From the IMG/VR virus record IMGVR_UViG_2799113057_000001: a DNA stretch of 44,564 nucleotides; one strand, written 5' to 3'. Below are positions 20,216-30,174 of the stretch, one piece after another (position 1 is the first letter of the stretch; every line of letters begins with the position of its first letter). The DNA is from a virus. Its lineage: Duplodnaviria; Heunggongvirae; Uroviricota; Caudoviricetes. The notes under the pieces are model-generated. The model saw nothing but the letters and a program-made list of their open reading frames with translations, searched no databases and was not told the origin of the DNA. Both the position numbers and the translations under genes were made by a program.

Positions 20216-20578
20216 ATGACACCCACCAACGCCTCGGTCTCGATCAAGGACACCGACAGATTCCGCCAGATGCTCGACAAGCTGGCTTCGATCCGCAGCG
20301 AGATCGACGCCAAGAGCGCTGAGGGAAAGAGGGCCACAGAGGCACTCCATGCCGAAGCGAGTAAGGGCGTGACTTCCTCTGGGACCACGACCGGCACACT
20401 CATCGCCCCCGTCTATAACGACACACTCAGCACGGTGGGAACGACGGTTTCGAAGGCCGACGAACAGATCGGCGCCGCCAATACCTCGCTGGGCAACGTG
20501 ATCAGCGATCTTGAGTCCCTCGTTTCTGGGCTTTCCGCGATCGACAGCCACGGCGCTGCGAAGGTGAAGGAGGCCTAG
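20216..20578 (+). CDS. paralogous helical type VII substrate-like protein
   Basis: Shares I.D.D.F, AP(I/V)Y and C-terminal D..AA with the upstream ORF. Confidence 0.6.
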   Translation: MTPTNASVSIKDTDRFRQMLDKLASIRSEIDAKSAEGKRATEALHAEASKGVTSSGTTTGTLIAPVYNDTLSTVGTTVSKADEQIGAANTSLGNVISDLESLVSGLSAIDSHGAAKVKEA

Positions 20579-20583
20579 CGGCC

Positions 20584-21540
20584 GTGACCACACCATCGAT
20601 TAGCACCGACGACGGACTCATTCAGTCAGCGAGCGATCAAGCACAGCAAGGGTTGCCGACAAGCCTTGACGGCAAACCGATGCCGGGAATGGTTGATCCC
20701 CGCCTGTCCACCGCCGTCGACGACACCTCTGAACAGACCAAGCGCGGCGTGCACAAGGTCGGCGACGGAATCGGGAAGACCAAGAAGGATTCGGCGGGTA
20801 AGACCGCGATCGACAAGAACGGGTCCTCCGAGATCTCCGGCATGGGTGCCAGTGTGCTGCCGGCGCTGGGGCAGATGGCTTCTGGACTACTCGGCTCCGC
20901 TGGTCAGATGGGGCAGGGCATGCCCCAGATGCCGCAGGTTCCTGCTGCCTCAGCTGGGCAGGGACTTCCGTCATCGCTGTCGGACCCCACCCTCAAGAAC
21001 GCGATATCGAATGTGCTCAACGGCAACTCAGAAAGCGCCGTGGGAGCTGGCGCAGGCAAGGGATTGTCGATTCCGGGTGGCTCTGGGCATGGAAGCCCAA
21101 CCAGTGTTGGGAAGAACCAGTTCCAGCAGAACATCATTGATCTGGCCAAACAAGTTGTGGCGGCCGGTGTTCCGTATTCGTGGGGCTCAGGCGACCTCAA
21201 CGGACCGACATGTTCAGGCAACACCTCTGATGCGGCGGCGAACGCCGCCGGTGACTACCTCAAGACTGGATTCGACTGCTCCGCTTTGGCTCGCTTCCTG
21301 ATCTATCAGGCTTCCGGCGGGGTGGAAATCCCGCGCGTATCCGGTGACCAGTACGGGGCAGGACAGCTGGTCAGTGAGCCCGAGATCGGTGACCTTGCCT
21401 ACCCCACGGACCCGAGCAAGCACGTCCAGGTTTACGTCGGCGACGGCATGGTCGTCGAGGCACAGAGATCCGGCACCAACGTCATGTTCTCGAACGTCAC
21501 ACCGGGCTCGCAGTTCGTGCGGGTTGTTGACGCCGCATGA
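20584..21540 (+). CDS. NlpC/P60 peptidoglycan endopeptidase with low-complexity N-terminus
   Basis: GVPYSWG...GFDCSAL...HVQVY..MVVEA catalytic Cys/His. Confidence 0.9.
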   Translation: MTTPSISTDDGLIQSASDQAQQGLPTSLDGKPMPGMVDPRLSTAVDDTSEQTKRGVHKVGDGIGKTKKDSAGKTAIDKNGSSEISGMGASVLPALGQMASGLLGSAGQMGQGMPQMPQVPAASAGQGLPSSLSDPTLKNAISNVLNGNSESAVGAGAGKGLSIPGGSGHGSPTSVGKNQFQQNIIDLAKQVVAAGVPYSWGSGDLNGPTCSGNTSDAAANAAGDYLKTGFDCSALARFLIYQASGGVEIPRVSGDQYGAGQLVSEPEIGDLAYPTDPSKHVQVYVGDGMVVEAQRSGTNVMFSNVTPGSQFVRVVDAA

Positions 21541-21622
21541 TCCGTGTTCTCGCGCCTGCACGGGCTATCTCGCTGTCTTCCGGTGATCATCGTCGCCACC
21601 GCACCTGCGAAAGGACCTTCTC

Positions 21623-23668
21623 GTGACAACGCCTGACATGCCACCGGTAACCACTCCGCACGCAGCGGAGATCCTCGGGTCCAACTACCCGGTCACCTCA
21701 GAGTCCATGACGGCGCAGAAGGTCCTCGAGCTGTTTCAGGAGTCGGCCAAGTCGGTGGGTACCTCGGACACAGCAGCCACGATGTTCGCGCTCATCGAGG
21801 CCAACGCCACCGGTGAGACGCCCACAGCACTGCTGGAAGACTTCACCGAGGACCAGCGCGCGAACTTCGACCGAGCGCTCAAGCAACTGAACATGGGCCA
21901 AGGCGTCAGCGTCATGGCCCAGGACATCTTGAACACCAAGGTGCAACTCAACGGCACGGTGGTCAACTTCGAAGCCGCAGTAGAGGAGCTGATTGCCTCC
22001 TACGCAAGCTCGGGTGGGCCCACCTCGCCCAAGAACCAGGCCGAGTTCCAGCAGAAGTACGACGAGCTGCTGCAGCAAGCCAAGGATCAGGCCAACACCC
22101 TGGGCAAGAACCATAAGTCGACCCAGGACCAACTGGTGGCCGGCGTGCAGAAAGGCGCGGCGCCGGAGATTCCGTCGACGATGGCGCCAACCTCGAGCTC
22201 GAATCCCAGCGTTCCCGGTATGCCTGACGGTGCTCTGGGGTCAATGCTGCAGAACGTGGCCGGCCAGATGATGAAGCCACCGAACATGCAGATGCCCAAC
22301 ATCGGCCAGATGGCGCAGCCTGCAGTGCAATCGGCGCAGCAGGCGATCCAGGAACTGATGAAGGGCAAGGGTCAGGGCGTCCCGATCACCGAGGATGCCC
22401 TCAAGAAGCTCACGACAAACGCTGGGCTGACCGGCCAAGGCGCCTCACTGTCCAACGCTCGCCGCGTCGACCTGCCGGGGACAGAATCAGGATCGGGTGC
22501 TCACCTGGGTGGCCCAGCCGGTCTCGGAGCCAAGAGCGCGGCTAACGAAACCGGTCGTCACTCGGTGCCGAGCGCCCCGGAGTCAGAGACCGGGCCCGAC
22601 GGCAAGCCGCACAACCCGCCGACCACTCCCGCGACAACTGCGGCTCCGGCCGCGGTATCTCCCACCACTACGGCCTCATCTGGAGAAGCGGCCACGGGGC
22701 CCGACACGCTGACTCCATCCGCGCAGACACACGCCTCATCGGGTGAGGCCGGAGCCGCCAGCTCGACGCTCACACCGAATGGACATACCCCTGTCGCGGC
22801 CGCCGCTGCACCGGGCACGCCGATGATGCCCATGGTCGGGATGCCGCCCGCAGCTGCTGCACCATCCACAGGTGCGAGCGGGTCTTGGGCCGCGGCAGTC
22901 GCCGAGCGGTCTAAAGGGAAGGCGTTCCGGCCCGACTTGAGCGCCCCTGACGACGAGCTGCGCGACTTCGGCACCGAGGCCCGCGGAATGGCGCATGCGA
23001 CAGATCTACAGCACGTTGCCGCATCCATCACCGCGGGTTTGATCCGCATGCATCAGCGAGCCGGCGTGCTGACGAACGTCGCCGTCGGGATCAGCGCCTC
23101 ACAAGCTGTGTTCGTCACCAGCGACGGTTTGGGCTTCCTGTCCCGAGGCATCAAAGCGCAGCCGAATCTGACTCCACTGATCACCCTGGTTCCCGACTCT
23201 TTCGTGCAGCGCTGGCTGGGCTGCGATCAACCGTGGCGCCCATTGCTCGATGCGGTCGCGCTGGGGCTGGTGGCACCATTCGACTCGGTGGTCAGCTCGG
23301 ATCCCTCCGCGTCACAGCAGCCTGACGTGCTGGTATTGGGCGCTCACGAACTGGCCGAGGTGAACGTTATTCCCGGTTCGCAAGCGCGCACCGAGGTCGA
23401 CGCAATCGATACCGAAGACGTCGACGCGGTTATCGAGTACCTGCTCAGGCTGTGGGGTGCTCCACGCGCGACCGCGACCTGGCTCGAGGATCACGTCTGG
23501 CAGCAGCGCTGGTCAGGGGAGTTCGGGAACCCCGAGCGGTCTGAAGCCTGGGTGCATTTCTTGCTGGCAGCGGCGATCGCCGACAAGGAAGTCGGAGATA
23601 TCGACAGCGCCCGGTACATGCTGCGCAATGCGCTGCGCGTACCTGTGCCTGCGCAGGTGCAGCGATGA
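21623..23668 (+). CDS. EspK-like ESX-associated protein
   Basis: Helical N-terminus, Pro/Ala/Gly/Met linker, globular C-terminus with VAVG...VFVTSDGLGFL; family by resemblance only. Confidence 0.5.
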   Translation: MTTPDMPPVTTPHAAEILGSNYPVTSESMTAQKVLELFQESAKSVGTSDTAATMFALIEANATGETPTALLEDFTEDQRANFDRALKQLNMGQGVSVMAQDILNTKVQLNGTVVNFEAAVEELIASYASSGGPTSPKNQAEFQQKYDELLQQAKDQANTLGKNHKSTQDQLVAGVQKGAAPEIPSTMAPTSSSNPSVPGMPDGALGSMLQNVAGQMMKPPNMQMPNIGQMAQPAVQSAQQAIQELMKGKGQGVPITEDALKKLTTNAGLTGQGASLSNARRVDLPGTESGSGAHLGGPAGLGAKSAANETGRHSVPSAPESETGPDGKPHNPPTTPATTAAPAAVSPTTTASSGEAATGPDTLTPSAQTHASSGEAGAASSTLTPNGHTPVAAAAAPGTPMMPMVGMPPAAAAPSTGASGSWAAAVAERSKGKAFRPDLSAPDDELRDFGTEARGMAHATDLQHVAASITAGLIRMHQRAGVLTNVAVGISASQAVFVTSDGLGFLSRGIKAQPNLTPLITLVPDSFVQRWLGCDQPWRPLLDAVALGLVAPFDSVVSSDPSASQQPDVLVLGAHELAEVNVIPGSQARTEVDAIDTEDVDAVIEYLLRLWGAPRATATWLEDHVWQQRWSGEFGNPERSEAWVHFLLAAAIADKEVGDIDSARYMLRNALRVPVPAQVQR

Positions 23669-23847
23669 CACAGGTCAACGTCCACGTCATCGGCGGCTGG
23701 CCGCTGGTGCGTTTGAGTGGCCCAGTGGTCGAACGCACCGGTGCCGAGCTAGCAGCAAACATCATGTCCTCGATCTATTTCATGACCGAAGATGGCGAGT
23801 CCGGCAAGCCGTTGAGCCTGGAAGCGCCTCGAATTCGAGCCAATTGA
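23665..23847 (+). CDS. small hypothetical protein
   Basis: ATGA coupling to the EspK-like gene. Confidence 0.45.
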   Translation: MTQVNVHVIGGWPLVRLSGPVVERTGAELAANIMSSIYFMTEDGESGKPLSLEAPRIRAN

Positions 23848-23986
23848 ATGTCTGTGGCATACACGTTTTCAGCACCGAACGTGCGACCACTGGCTCCAGA
23901 AGCAACATGTTGCCTGTAGTCATGCCGGTTTCAACGTGCCAGAATGGCAGTAAGCATCTATTCGCCGACAGCAGGAGATACCAACC

Positions 23987-24301
23987 ATGACCAGTGCACT
24001 CACCGGAGTGAGCAGCTTCGCCGACGTGGTCGGCCAGGTCGGCGGCCTGGTCGCCGAAACCACCGGATTCACCGCTGCGTCGTCATCCGCGACGGCAATC
24101 GCCGCGGCCTGCACGCCGCCGGGCAATGACGCCGACTCTGTGCAAGCCACCGCTCAGAACGCGGCCACCACAGCGGAATTCATCGCCATGCTTGGCGCCG
24201 GCATCGAGCAGCTCGGCGAACGGGCAGCGGAGACCACCACCGAGAACGTCGCCTTCGAGGCGCTCGGCACAGCCGGTTCCGCGGCCATCGCAGCCATCTA
24301 G
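23987..24301 (+). CDS. PE-like protein
   Basis: 104 aa, Ala-rich, PPGNDADSVQA matching the PE PPGxDxxS motif; AGGAG RBS. Confidence 0.7.
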   Translation: MTSALTGVSSFADVVGQVGGLVAETTGFTAASSSATAIAAACTPPGNDADSVQATAQNAATTAEFIAMLGAGIEQLGERAAETTTENVAFEALGTAGSAAIAAI

Positions 24302-24454
24302 ACACCCGGCGCGCCAGCGCCTCTCCACAGGTACCGCCCCGTATGCGCTGCCGCGCTGCGGGGTGGTTCTTTTGGTGTCCTGAAAAGTCTTGTGCCCTTA
24401 CGTAGAGTCGGTTGATGAATGTTGCATCTGTTGTCCTGTGACAGGATTCGGCGC

Positions 24455-25084
24455 ATGAGCGCATGGGAGGATCTGAAGCAGACACCGATCGACGAGGTGC
24501 GTCGCCGGGCGGCGATCGTCGACCAATGGAATGACATCGAATCGGTCGAGGTCCCGGGCGGCACGCGGTACGCGTGGAACGACGGCGGTGGACAGTCGTC
24601 GGGCTGGTTCTTCGCTGACGACGGCAAGGTTCTCTTGCTGACCTATGAGCACGAGAGCGTCCTGAACTTCTACGACGGCGACTACGCCGCACAGCTCGAA
24701 GTGTTCAGAGGTGTGCCCGCAGAGTTGGTGGCACTCGTGGCGAACAGACCGGAGAGTTACGAATTTCACAACGTGACGGAGACGTCCACTGGCAAGACAC
24801 TCCCGCACGCCAGTGGTGTTTTCTGGTTCGACGGCGCCTCCTGGCACATAGCGGACGGCCTGTTGACCTACTGCGAGAGGAACGGCATCGCCCTCTTCGG
24901 GGGCACCGGCTTTAGCCGCGATGTGGGGTTCGACTACGCGGTGGGCGACTGCCTGTTCGGGAGGGAGTTCACTCCTGAGGCTGTAATCGCCGAACAGGTT
25001 GCGAACGGCTGGTATGAGGAGGCCGGCGAGAGGGAGGAAGCGCTTCAACGTCTCCGCGCGGTTTTCGACGCCTACACGCACTGA
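24455..25084 (+). CDS. acidic globular protein, possible immunity protein
   Basis: WNDGGG...LLTYEHES motif; acidic; immunity role is inference from context. Confidence 0.6.
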   Translation: MSAWEDLKQTPIDEVRRRAAIVDQWNDIESVEVPGGTRYAWNDGGGQSSGWFFADDGKVLLLTYEHESVLNFYDGDYAAQLEVFRGVPAELVALVANRPESYEFHNVTETSTGKTLPHASGVFWFDGASWHIADGLLTYCERNGIALFGGTGFSRDVGFDYAVGDCLFGREFTPEAVIAEQVANGWYEEAGEREEALQRLRAVFDAYTH

Positions 25085-25197
25085 CCAGTCCGAGCCAGGC
25101 GAGCGCTAAATCAAGCCCCCGGGATGCTCGGGTTGCAGACCGAGGACCTGGAGTGAGATACCGCCCGCACATCAGTTCAGCCTCGTGCGTTGACCGG

Positions 25198-26547
25198 CTA
25201 GCCCTTTTCAGTGAAGTCGGGGCGGTTCTGCGCGATAGTGCCGCCGCGTACAACGCCCTCTTCATAGACGTTGCTGTCCTGGTGCGCTTGTACCGGCTTG
25301 ACCGTTCCGCCACGGCTGCCAGCGGCCCCGGGTGCCATCGGCATGCCGGCCATGGGCATACCGGTGGCGGGCATGCCCGCGGCCTGCATGCCTTTCTGGT
25401 TGAGGCCGGTGCTGGTACCGGTTCCTGCGCCGGTTGCGGTACCGGTGGCTCCCGAGGCAGACGTGTGGGGCTGATTGAAGGCGCCGCGCTGGCCGTCGGG
25501 ACGGCCACTGACATTGCTGTCGGTGGACAGGTCCGCTGCGGAGTTACCGCTGGTCGCAGGTGCCGGCGCGGCCGATGCCGCCGCGGCGGGCGCAGGGCCG
25601 GCCACAGGTCCCATGGCCATGGGGACAGGTGCAGCGGCGATGCCCGGAATGTCGTCGGCGTTGATCGCACCTTCTACCTTGCTCTTTGGGTTGCTGACCG
25701 GTGAAGGCGCCGACGACGGTCCAGCCGCGGCGGCCGGTGCAGTTTGAGGCTGTTGCTGCGGCGGCTGCTGCTGCTGCTGAGCCGGTTGGGCAGGCGGAAG
25801 CTGACCGGTGCGCTGCAGAAGCGCGGTCAGTGCGGCGTCTGACGCGGGCGACCCGGAGCTGGTGGATCCAGAAGATGCGCCCGGCGAGGGTGGAGTGGCA
25901 ATCGACGCTCCGGGCGCAGCAGGGGCGCGATGATTCGACGGAGCAGGAGATGCGCTGGCCTTAAGCTCAGGCTTCTTGCCCGGGGTGGAATATCCACGGT
26001 CGCCTGTCTCTTTCTTGTCCTTCTGTTTGTTGTTCTTCCCCTCTTCAGGGTTGAACTCGCGCAGACGCCCTTGAACCTTTCCGGAGGCGTCGACGAAATC
26101 CTTGTCGGCTTGCCGGCGGCGCTCATTCAGGTCACGCGAATGCTCGATGGCGGCTTTCAGTTTGGCTTCGGCCGCGATTGCCGCTTGGCTGTCGGCGGCC
26201 GCCGCCAGCTCCTTGCTGGCTTCGGTGACGGCGCGGCGTGCTTCCTCGAGCTCGTCGTCCTGTGGAGCCCTGCGCCACTGATCATCGGCGCTCTTCTGTG
26301 CGGCCAGCGCCGCGCTGCTGGCCGCCAGGGCGTAACCGCCGGTGCTGAGTCCTTCACGGGCCCGGCCTAGTTGGTTGATCGCCGCCGAGATTGTCTCGCT
26401 GTCGGAGAGCTGTGCGAGCTCGTCGATGTGCGCACCCAACTGTGTGTTCCACGTGTCTGTCGCGGAGGCGATGTCCGAAAACACGCCGGCCGTCTGCCCA
26501 CTATCGAGGAAAGACATATCGAAGCCGCTGGCTGTCGTTTGTGGCAT
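25198..26547 (-). CDS. ESX substrate-like protein (helical N-terminus, Pro/Ala/Gln/Gly-rich C-terminus)
   Basis: 449-aa ORF with EspB/PPE-like architecture. Confidence 0.6.
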   Translation of the reverse strand: MPQTTASGFDMSFLDSGQTAGVFSDIASATDTWNTQLGAHIDELAQLSDSETISAAINQLGRAREGLSTGGYALAASSAALAAQKSADDQWRRAPQDDELEEARRAVTEASKELAAAADSQAAIAAEAKLKAAIEHSRDLNERRRQADKDFVDASGKVQGRLREFNPEEGKNNKQKDKKETGDRGYSTPGKKPELKASASPAPSNHRAPAAPGASIATPPSPGASSGSTSSGSPASDAALTALLQRTGQLPPAQPAQQQQQPPQQQPQTAPAAAAGPSSAPSPVSNPKSKVEGAINADDIPGIAAAPVPMAMGPVAGPAPAAAASAAPAPATSGNSAADLSTDSNVSGRPDGQRGAFNQPHTSASGATGTATGAGTGTSTGLNQKGMQAAGMPATGMPMAGMPMAPGAAGSRGGTVKPVQAHQDSNVYEEGVVRGGTIAQNRPDFTEKG

Positions 26548-26595
26548 GGGTTCAGGATGCCAGCGGAAATGCGCAGGTGAAGGCCGCGGCGCGGA

Positions 26596-27495
26596 TTAAG
26601 GGGTCGCGGTGAGTGCCGTGGCGCCAAGCCTCGTCAGCTCAGCTTCGAGAAAGGTCGACTCGTCTTGACCGTTCTCGGTGCCGCTGACAATGCCGATCAG
26701 CGTCGCGTGACGGTTCTGCTCGTCGACGACGAACACAGGGGCTCCGCTGTCTCCGTGCTGGGTGATAGGCACGGAGCGGATGTATGAGTCGTCGGCTGCG
26801 ATCAGCGGACTGCAGATGACGCCGGAAACTGCTCCGTCGATGCAGATCGGTGTCCCTGCGCGCAGCTTGCGCACGTCGCTGGATGGCATGACGCCAGCCA
26901 CTGGCCAGGTGCCTGCAATGAGGGTGGACCGAGGATCCAGGGCCTTGGACCAAATCACCGCTGAATCGCTGTAGCCCAGCGGAGTTGGCCCATCCTTGGA
27001 ATTGGCGTACACGCCAACAGGGACAGGTTCAGCACCTTCGGAGTCTGCGAAGACGAAGGTTTGACCGCCGGGGGAGTTGTCGCAGTGTCCGGCGCCGATA
27101 AACCCGGTCCGCTTCGTGCTCTTGTCCGCAACGGCGGGACCGAGTGTGCAACTTTTCGTGGATCCGTCGTCTTGGTGCTGGGCGATGACGGTTCCCGGAT
27201 AGGGGAGAGCGCCGAATTGGCCGCCGCGGGAGTCCTTCACGATGACACCCTGTCCGGACACATCGATCCAGCGGGTGGTCACCCCGCTCGGTGTAACCGA
27301 GACAGCGGCGCCGGCGGCTGGCGCATTTGGCGTATCAGAGACCGGCGTTCCGGACACGGCTGTAGAGCACGCTGACACCGCTGCAGCAGCGGCAGCCAGC
27401 GCGCAAACGAGCCGGTATCTCTTTGCCACAAACACATCGTGGCACGTCACCGCATATTTCAGGTAGCTGCACGCGTGTTCGCGCGCTGCCTTCAA
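26596..27495 (-). CDS. trypsin-like (S1) serine protease lipoprotein
   Basis: Lipobox VSAC; CTLG, AGHC, DSAVI, GDSG; true start probably slightly downstream. Confidence 0.85.
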   Translation of the reverse strand: MKAAREHACSYLKYAVTCHDVFVAKRYRLVCALAAAAAAVSACSTAVSGTPVSDTPNAPAAGAAVSVTPSGVTTRWIDVSGQGVIVKDSRGGQFGALPYPGTVIAQHQDDGSTKSCTLGPAVADKSTKRTGFIGAGHCDNSPGGQTFVFADSEGAEPVPVGVYANSKDGPTPLGYSDSAVIWSKALDPRSTLIAGTWPVAGVMPSSDVRKLRAGTPICIDGAVSGVICSPLIAADDSYIRSVPITQHGDSGAPVFVVDEQNRHATLIGIVSGTENGQDESTFLEAELTRLGATALTATP

Positions 27496-27593
27496 TCGAG
27501 GCGCAAGCTTCTGACCAGCAGAAATGATCAGAGGCTTGGATTTATGTCACGTCCCCCGCTTGGTGTCAATCAGCGGCCTGTGAGCCGCACAGG

Positions 27594-27836
27594 TCATCGG
27601 GGTATCCATGGCGCTGACTCCAGATGGTGAATCACATGCTCGGTCGTTTCCCTAGCGGCTTGCACGATGCCGTTGATCGTCGCCTCGAAGTCGGCGACCT
27701 TCTTGGCAGACTCGCCAACGAGGTTGTCACCCGCGATTTGCCTGTTAGCGTTGATCAGCCGTTGTCCAACATCAGCCACCTGCGCGCCTTCGTAGTCAAG
27801 GCTGTCGATGAGCTCCAAACCTGCGTTCGTGTCCAT
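27594..27836 (-). CDS. small helical Esx-like protein
   Basis: AGGAG RBS before ATG 27836; central LVGESA turn at the WxG position. Confidence 0.5.
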   Translation of the reverse strand: MDTNAGLELIDSLDYEGAQVADVGQRLINANRQIAGDNLVGESAKKVADFEATINGIVQAARETTEHVIHHLESAPWIPR

Positions 27837-27917
27837 GTCGCTGCGGCTCCTTTCGGTGTTCGGAGCCAAATTTTCATCTGGAACTGGCTGATGTGGTGGC
27901 GACACGCACTCGGTGGA

Positions 27918-28835
27918 CTACTGATCAGCCGCAGTCCAGTACTCAGGCAAGCGGCCGAAATCCGGATTTGTCAACGCCAGTCGGGCGGACAACTTATACG
28001 AGAGGTCGTCGGGCCACGATTCAATTTGGCTTGAGTACCAACTGCGCCAATCGATATCGAGCCCGCCCGCTGCAAGCCCTGCAAGATAGGAAGCCGTCAG
28101 TCTCGTTCTGTCCGCGACGTACATCATCTCGTAGTTGGTGCGGTTGCTGTCGCGCCTAACATCCATTGGCGCAATCTCTTCCGTTATTTCTTCGACGAGT
28201 CTGCCTTCGCGGGCGAATATGGCTACCAGTCGCTCTCCGTCAGTGATCTGATCGAGGAAGTCTCGAATGGAATTGATGTGGTTCTCGCTGGCTATGGTCC
28301 GAGCGGCCACATACCAGCTCTCCAGTGCCAGCCGCCACTGAGCCTGGAACGGTTCCCAAGCGGCAACGGGGAGACTCTGGATATCTGCGACGGCAAGGGC
28401 ATCTACTTCGACGAGTGTCGACGAGCTCCAAGACTCCTCGGTTATGGGGACTAGTTCGTCTCGCCACGCGATAGGGAGCGATCCTTCGCGGGCCCGCTTG
28501 AGGATCCGATCAAGGTACCGAGTCTTCGCCGCGGTGTAGTAATGGCCTCGCAGCCCGCCTCGAAGATCTGTTGGCCTGATGTTGAAAGGGTCTGATCTGG
28601 GCGTCGATGCAGCGTGGATCGAGCCGGGCGCATGGCCAGCAGCGGCCAGCGCCTCAGCTTCGGAACGACCCAGTGCAGCCGCCAGTCGCTTCACGGCTTT
28701 CGCGGAGGGCACCGTTGCCCCTGACTTCCATCTTGAGACTTGGGATGGGGCAACACCTGCCATCTCGGCTAGTTGGTTCTGTGGAGTGTCGCCTGCCACC
28801 TGCTGCAAGTAATTCACCCATGAAGTCACTGTCAC
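27918..28835 (-). CDS. XRE-family HTH regulator fused to an uncharacterised C-terminal domain
   Basis: QNQLAEMAGVAPSQVSRWKSG HTH; C-terminal domain paralogous to 32132-32809; start set at GTG 28835. Confidence 0.8.
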   Translation of the reverse strand: MTVTSWVNYLQQVAGDTPQNQLAEMAGVAPSQVSRWKSGATVPSAKAVKRLAAALGRSEAEALAAAGHAPGSIHAASTPRSDPFNIRPTDLRGGLRGHYYTAAKTRYLDRILKRAREGSLPIAWRDELVPITEESWSSSTLVEVDALAVADIQSLPVAAWEPFQAQWRLALESWYVAARTIASENHINSIRDFLDQITDGERLVAIFAREGRLVEEITEEIAPMDVRRDSNRTNYEMMYVADRTRLTASYLAGLAAGGLDIDWRSWYSSQIESWPDDLSYKLSARLALTNPDFGRLPEYWTAADQ

Positions 28836-28869
28836 AACGTACGCACTTCCAGGCCCAAGTCCAAGCAGA

Positions 28870-28985
28870 TCGATTGCATCAATTGCATAACGCCATTCAT
28901 GGAATGCAATCATGCATCGATAGGAATTGATGTGAGCAGGTCATATGCAAAACTCTGGGGTGTGATCGTTGCATGTTGGTTGCGA
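28870..28985. promoter_or_regulatory. divergent control region with repeated TGCA boxes
   Basis: AT-rich; six TGCA-containing words between divergent XRE and 29004 genes. Confidence 0.5.
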
Positions 28986-29003
28986 GGGCAGTAGATTCCA
29001 TTC

Positions 29004-29282
29004 ATGTCTTCAACTGGGCGTGGCCGCACCGCGGAAGAGATAGTGGACCACCGCAAGCGCAGCCCGATCGGCACCACGCAGCATCACTTCGCGTTGAACG
29101 CTGAATTCGCCTCTCCGCGTGGCCGTTTGGATCATGTTGTCGTGGTTTCGGGGAAGAGCTCGACCTACATTTTTGGTGCGGACGAAGACGGAGACATTAT
29201 CGACTTCGACCCGCGTGCAGTCGTGGCCGACGTCGTGGATCCGGCCTCGGCGCTGCTCAGGTTGGGTTACCGCGTCGCATGA
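29004..29282 (+). CDS. small hypothetical protein
   Basis: 92 aa, divergent from XRE. Confidence 0.6.
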   Translation: MSSTGRGRTAEEIVDHRKRSPIGTTQHHFALNAEFASPRGRLDHVVVVSGKSSTYIFGADEDGDIIDFDPRAVVADVVDPASALLRLGYRVA

Positions 29283-29356
29283 GCGAACCACGTGTGCTTA
29301 CGCCGCGTGCAACAAACGGGGCCGGCGCTGTCTCTGCTCTCAAATAGGGTGTTCGG

Positions 29357-30034
29357 ATGTCTCCTGGGGGCTGGGTGTCGCAGAGCAGCGCAACATCGAT
29401 GCTGGCCGAGGCGTACCGGCGTACACCCGGGGGCTATATCGCGTTCCTTGACGAGAGTTTCGAGCTGGCAGGGGATCGGTCGACCTTCTACCTGCTGTCA
29501 GCAGTGATTACTCACCGCGACGAGATCGACGCGCTTCGCACTGGTCTCAGGGATGTTGTGGATGACACCTTCTGGCACACCACTGAGAGTCTTCGGACCG
29601 ATGAGGGCCGCGCGCGTGCGGTCGAGATCGCTGAATACCTCGGTGACGAGAAAGGCAATGAGGTGTGCATCGTGTCGTGCAAAATGTCGTTAGGGCGCGA
29701 CAGCGGAGACGAAGCTCGCCAATCCTGCTTCCACCAGCTCGCACAGAGCCTGTGCACGGGGGCAGAGCCACTCGTGGATGGCGTACATCTCATGGTTCTT
29801 GAGCAGCGAGAAACGCAGCACGAGCGCAGCTACGACACCAAAATCGTCAAGGAATTGCGGTCCGCGGAAGTGATCTGCCGGCAGTGTCAGCTCAAGCAAG
29901 CTTCACCGCGCGATGAGAATCTGCTTTGGCTGCCCGACCTGGTGTCTTCAGCCGTGCGTCGGAGCATCACCCACAGCGAACGGGACATTTTGAATCCCAT
30001 CGCCCACATAGTGGAGTTACTGAACTGCCCCTAG
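29357..30034 (+). CDS. DUF3800-like (RNase H fold) protein
   Basis: YIAFLDES...FYLLSAV, late LLWLPDLVSSAV motif. Confidence 0.7.
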   Translation: MSPGGWVSQSSATSMLAEAYRRTPGGYIAFLDESFELAGDRSTFYLLSAVITHRDEIDALRTGLRDVVDDTFWHTTESLRTDEGRARAVEIAEYLGDEKGNEVCIVSCKMSLGRDSGDEARQSCFHQLAQSLCTGAEPLVDGVHLMVLEQRETQHERSYDTKIVKELRSAEVICRQCQLKQASPRDENLLWLPDLVSSAVRRSITHSERDILNPIAHIVELLNCP

Positions 30035-30039
30035 AAACA

Positions 30040-30119
30040 GAGCAACCCCGGCGCGCCGTAGCCATCAACCGGGGTCAGACGAGTCGTGGGGCCGTAGCCG
30101 CAGAACCCGTACCTTGCTC
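30040..30119 (+). ncRNA. structured RNA candidate directly downstream of the DUF3800-like gene
   Basis: GAGCA/TGCTC closing stem, ACCCCGG/CCGGGGT stem, two GCCGTAGCC loop motifs. Confidence 0.55.
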
Positions 30120-30174
30120 ACCGACAAGTATGCCACTTAGCCCTCTGGGTGTCGAGTGGGTGCCTTCGCCGACG

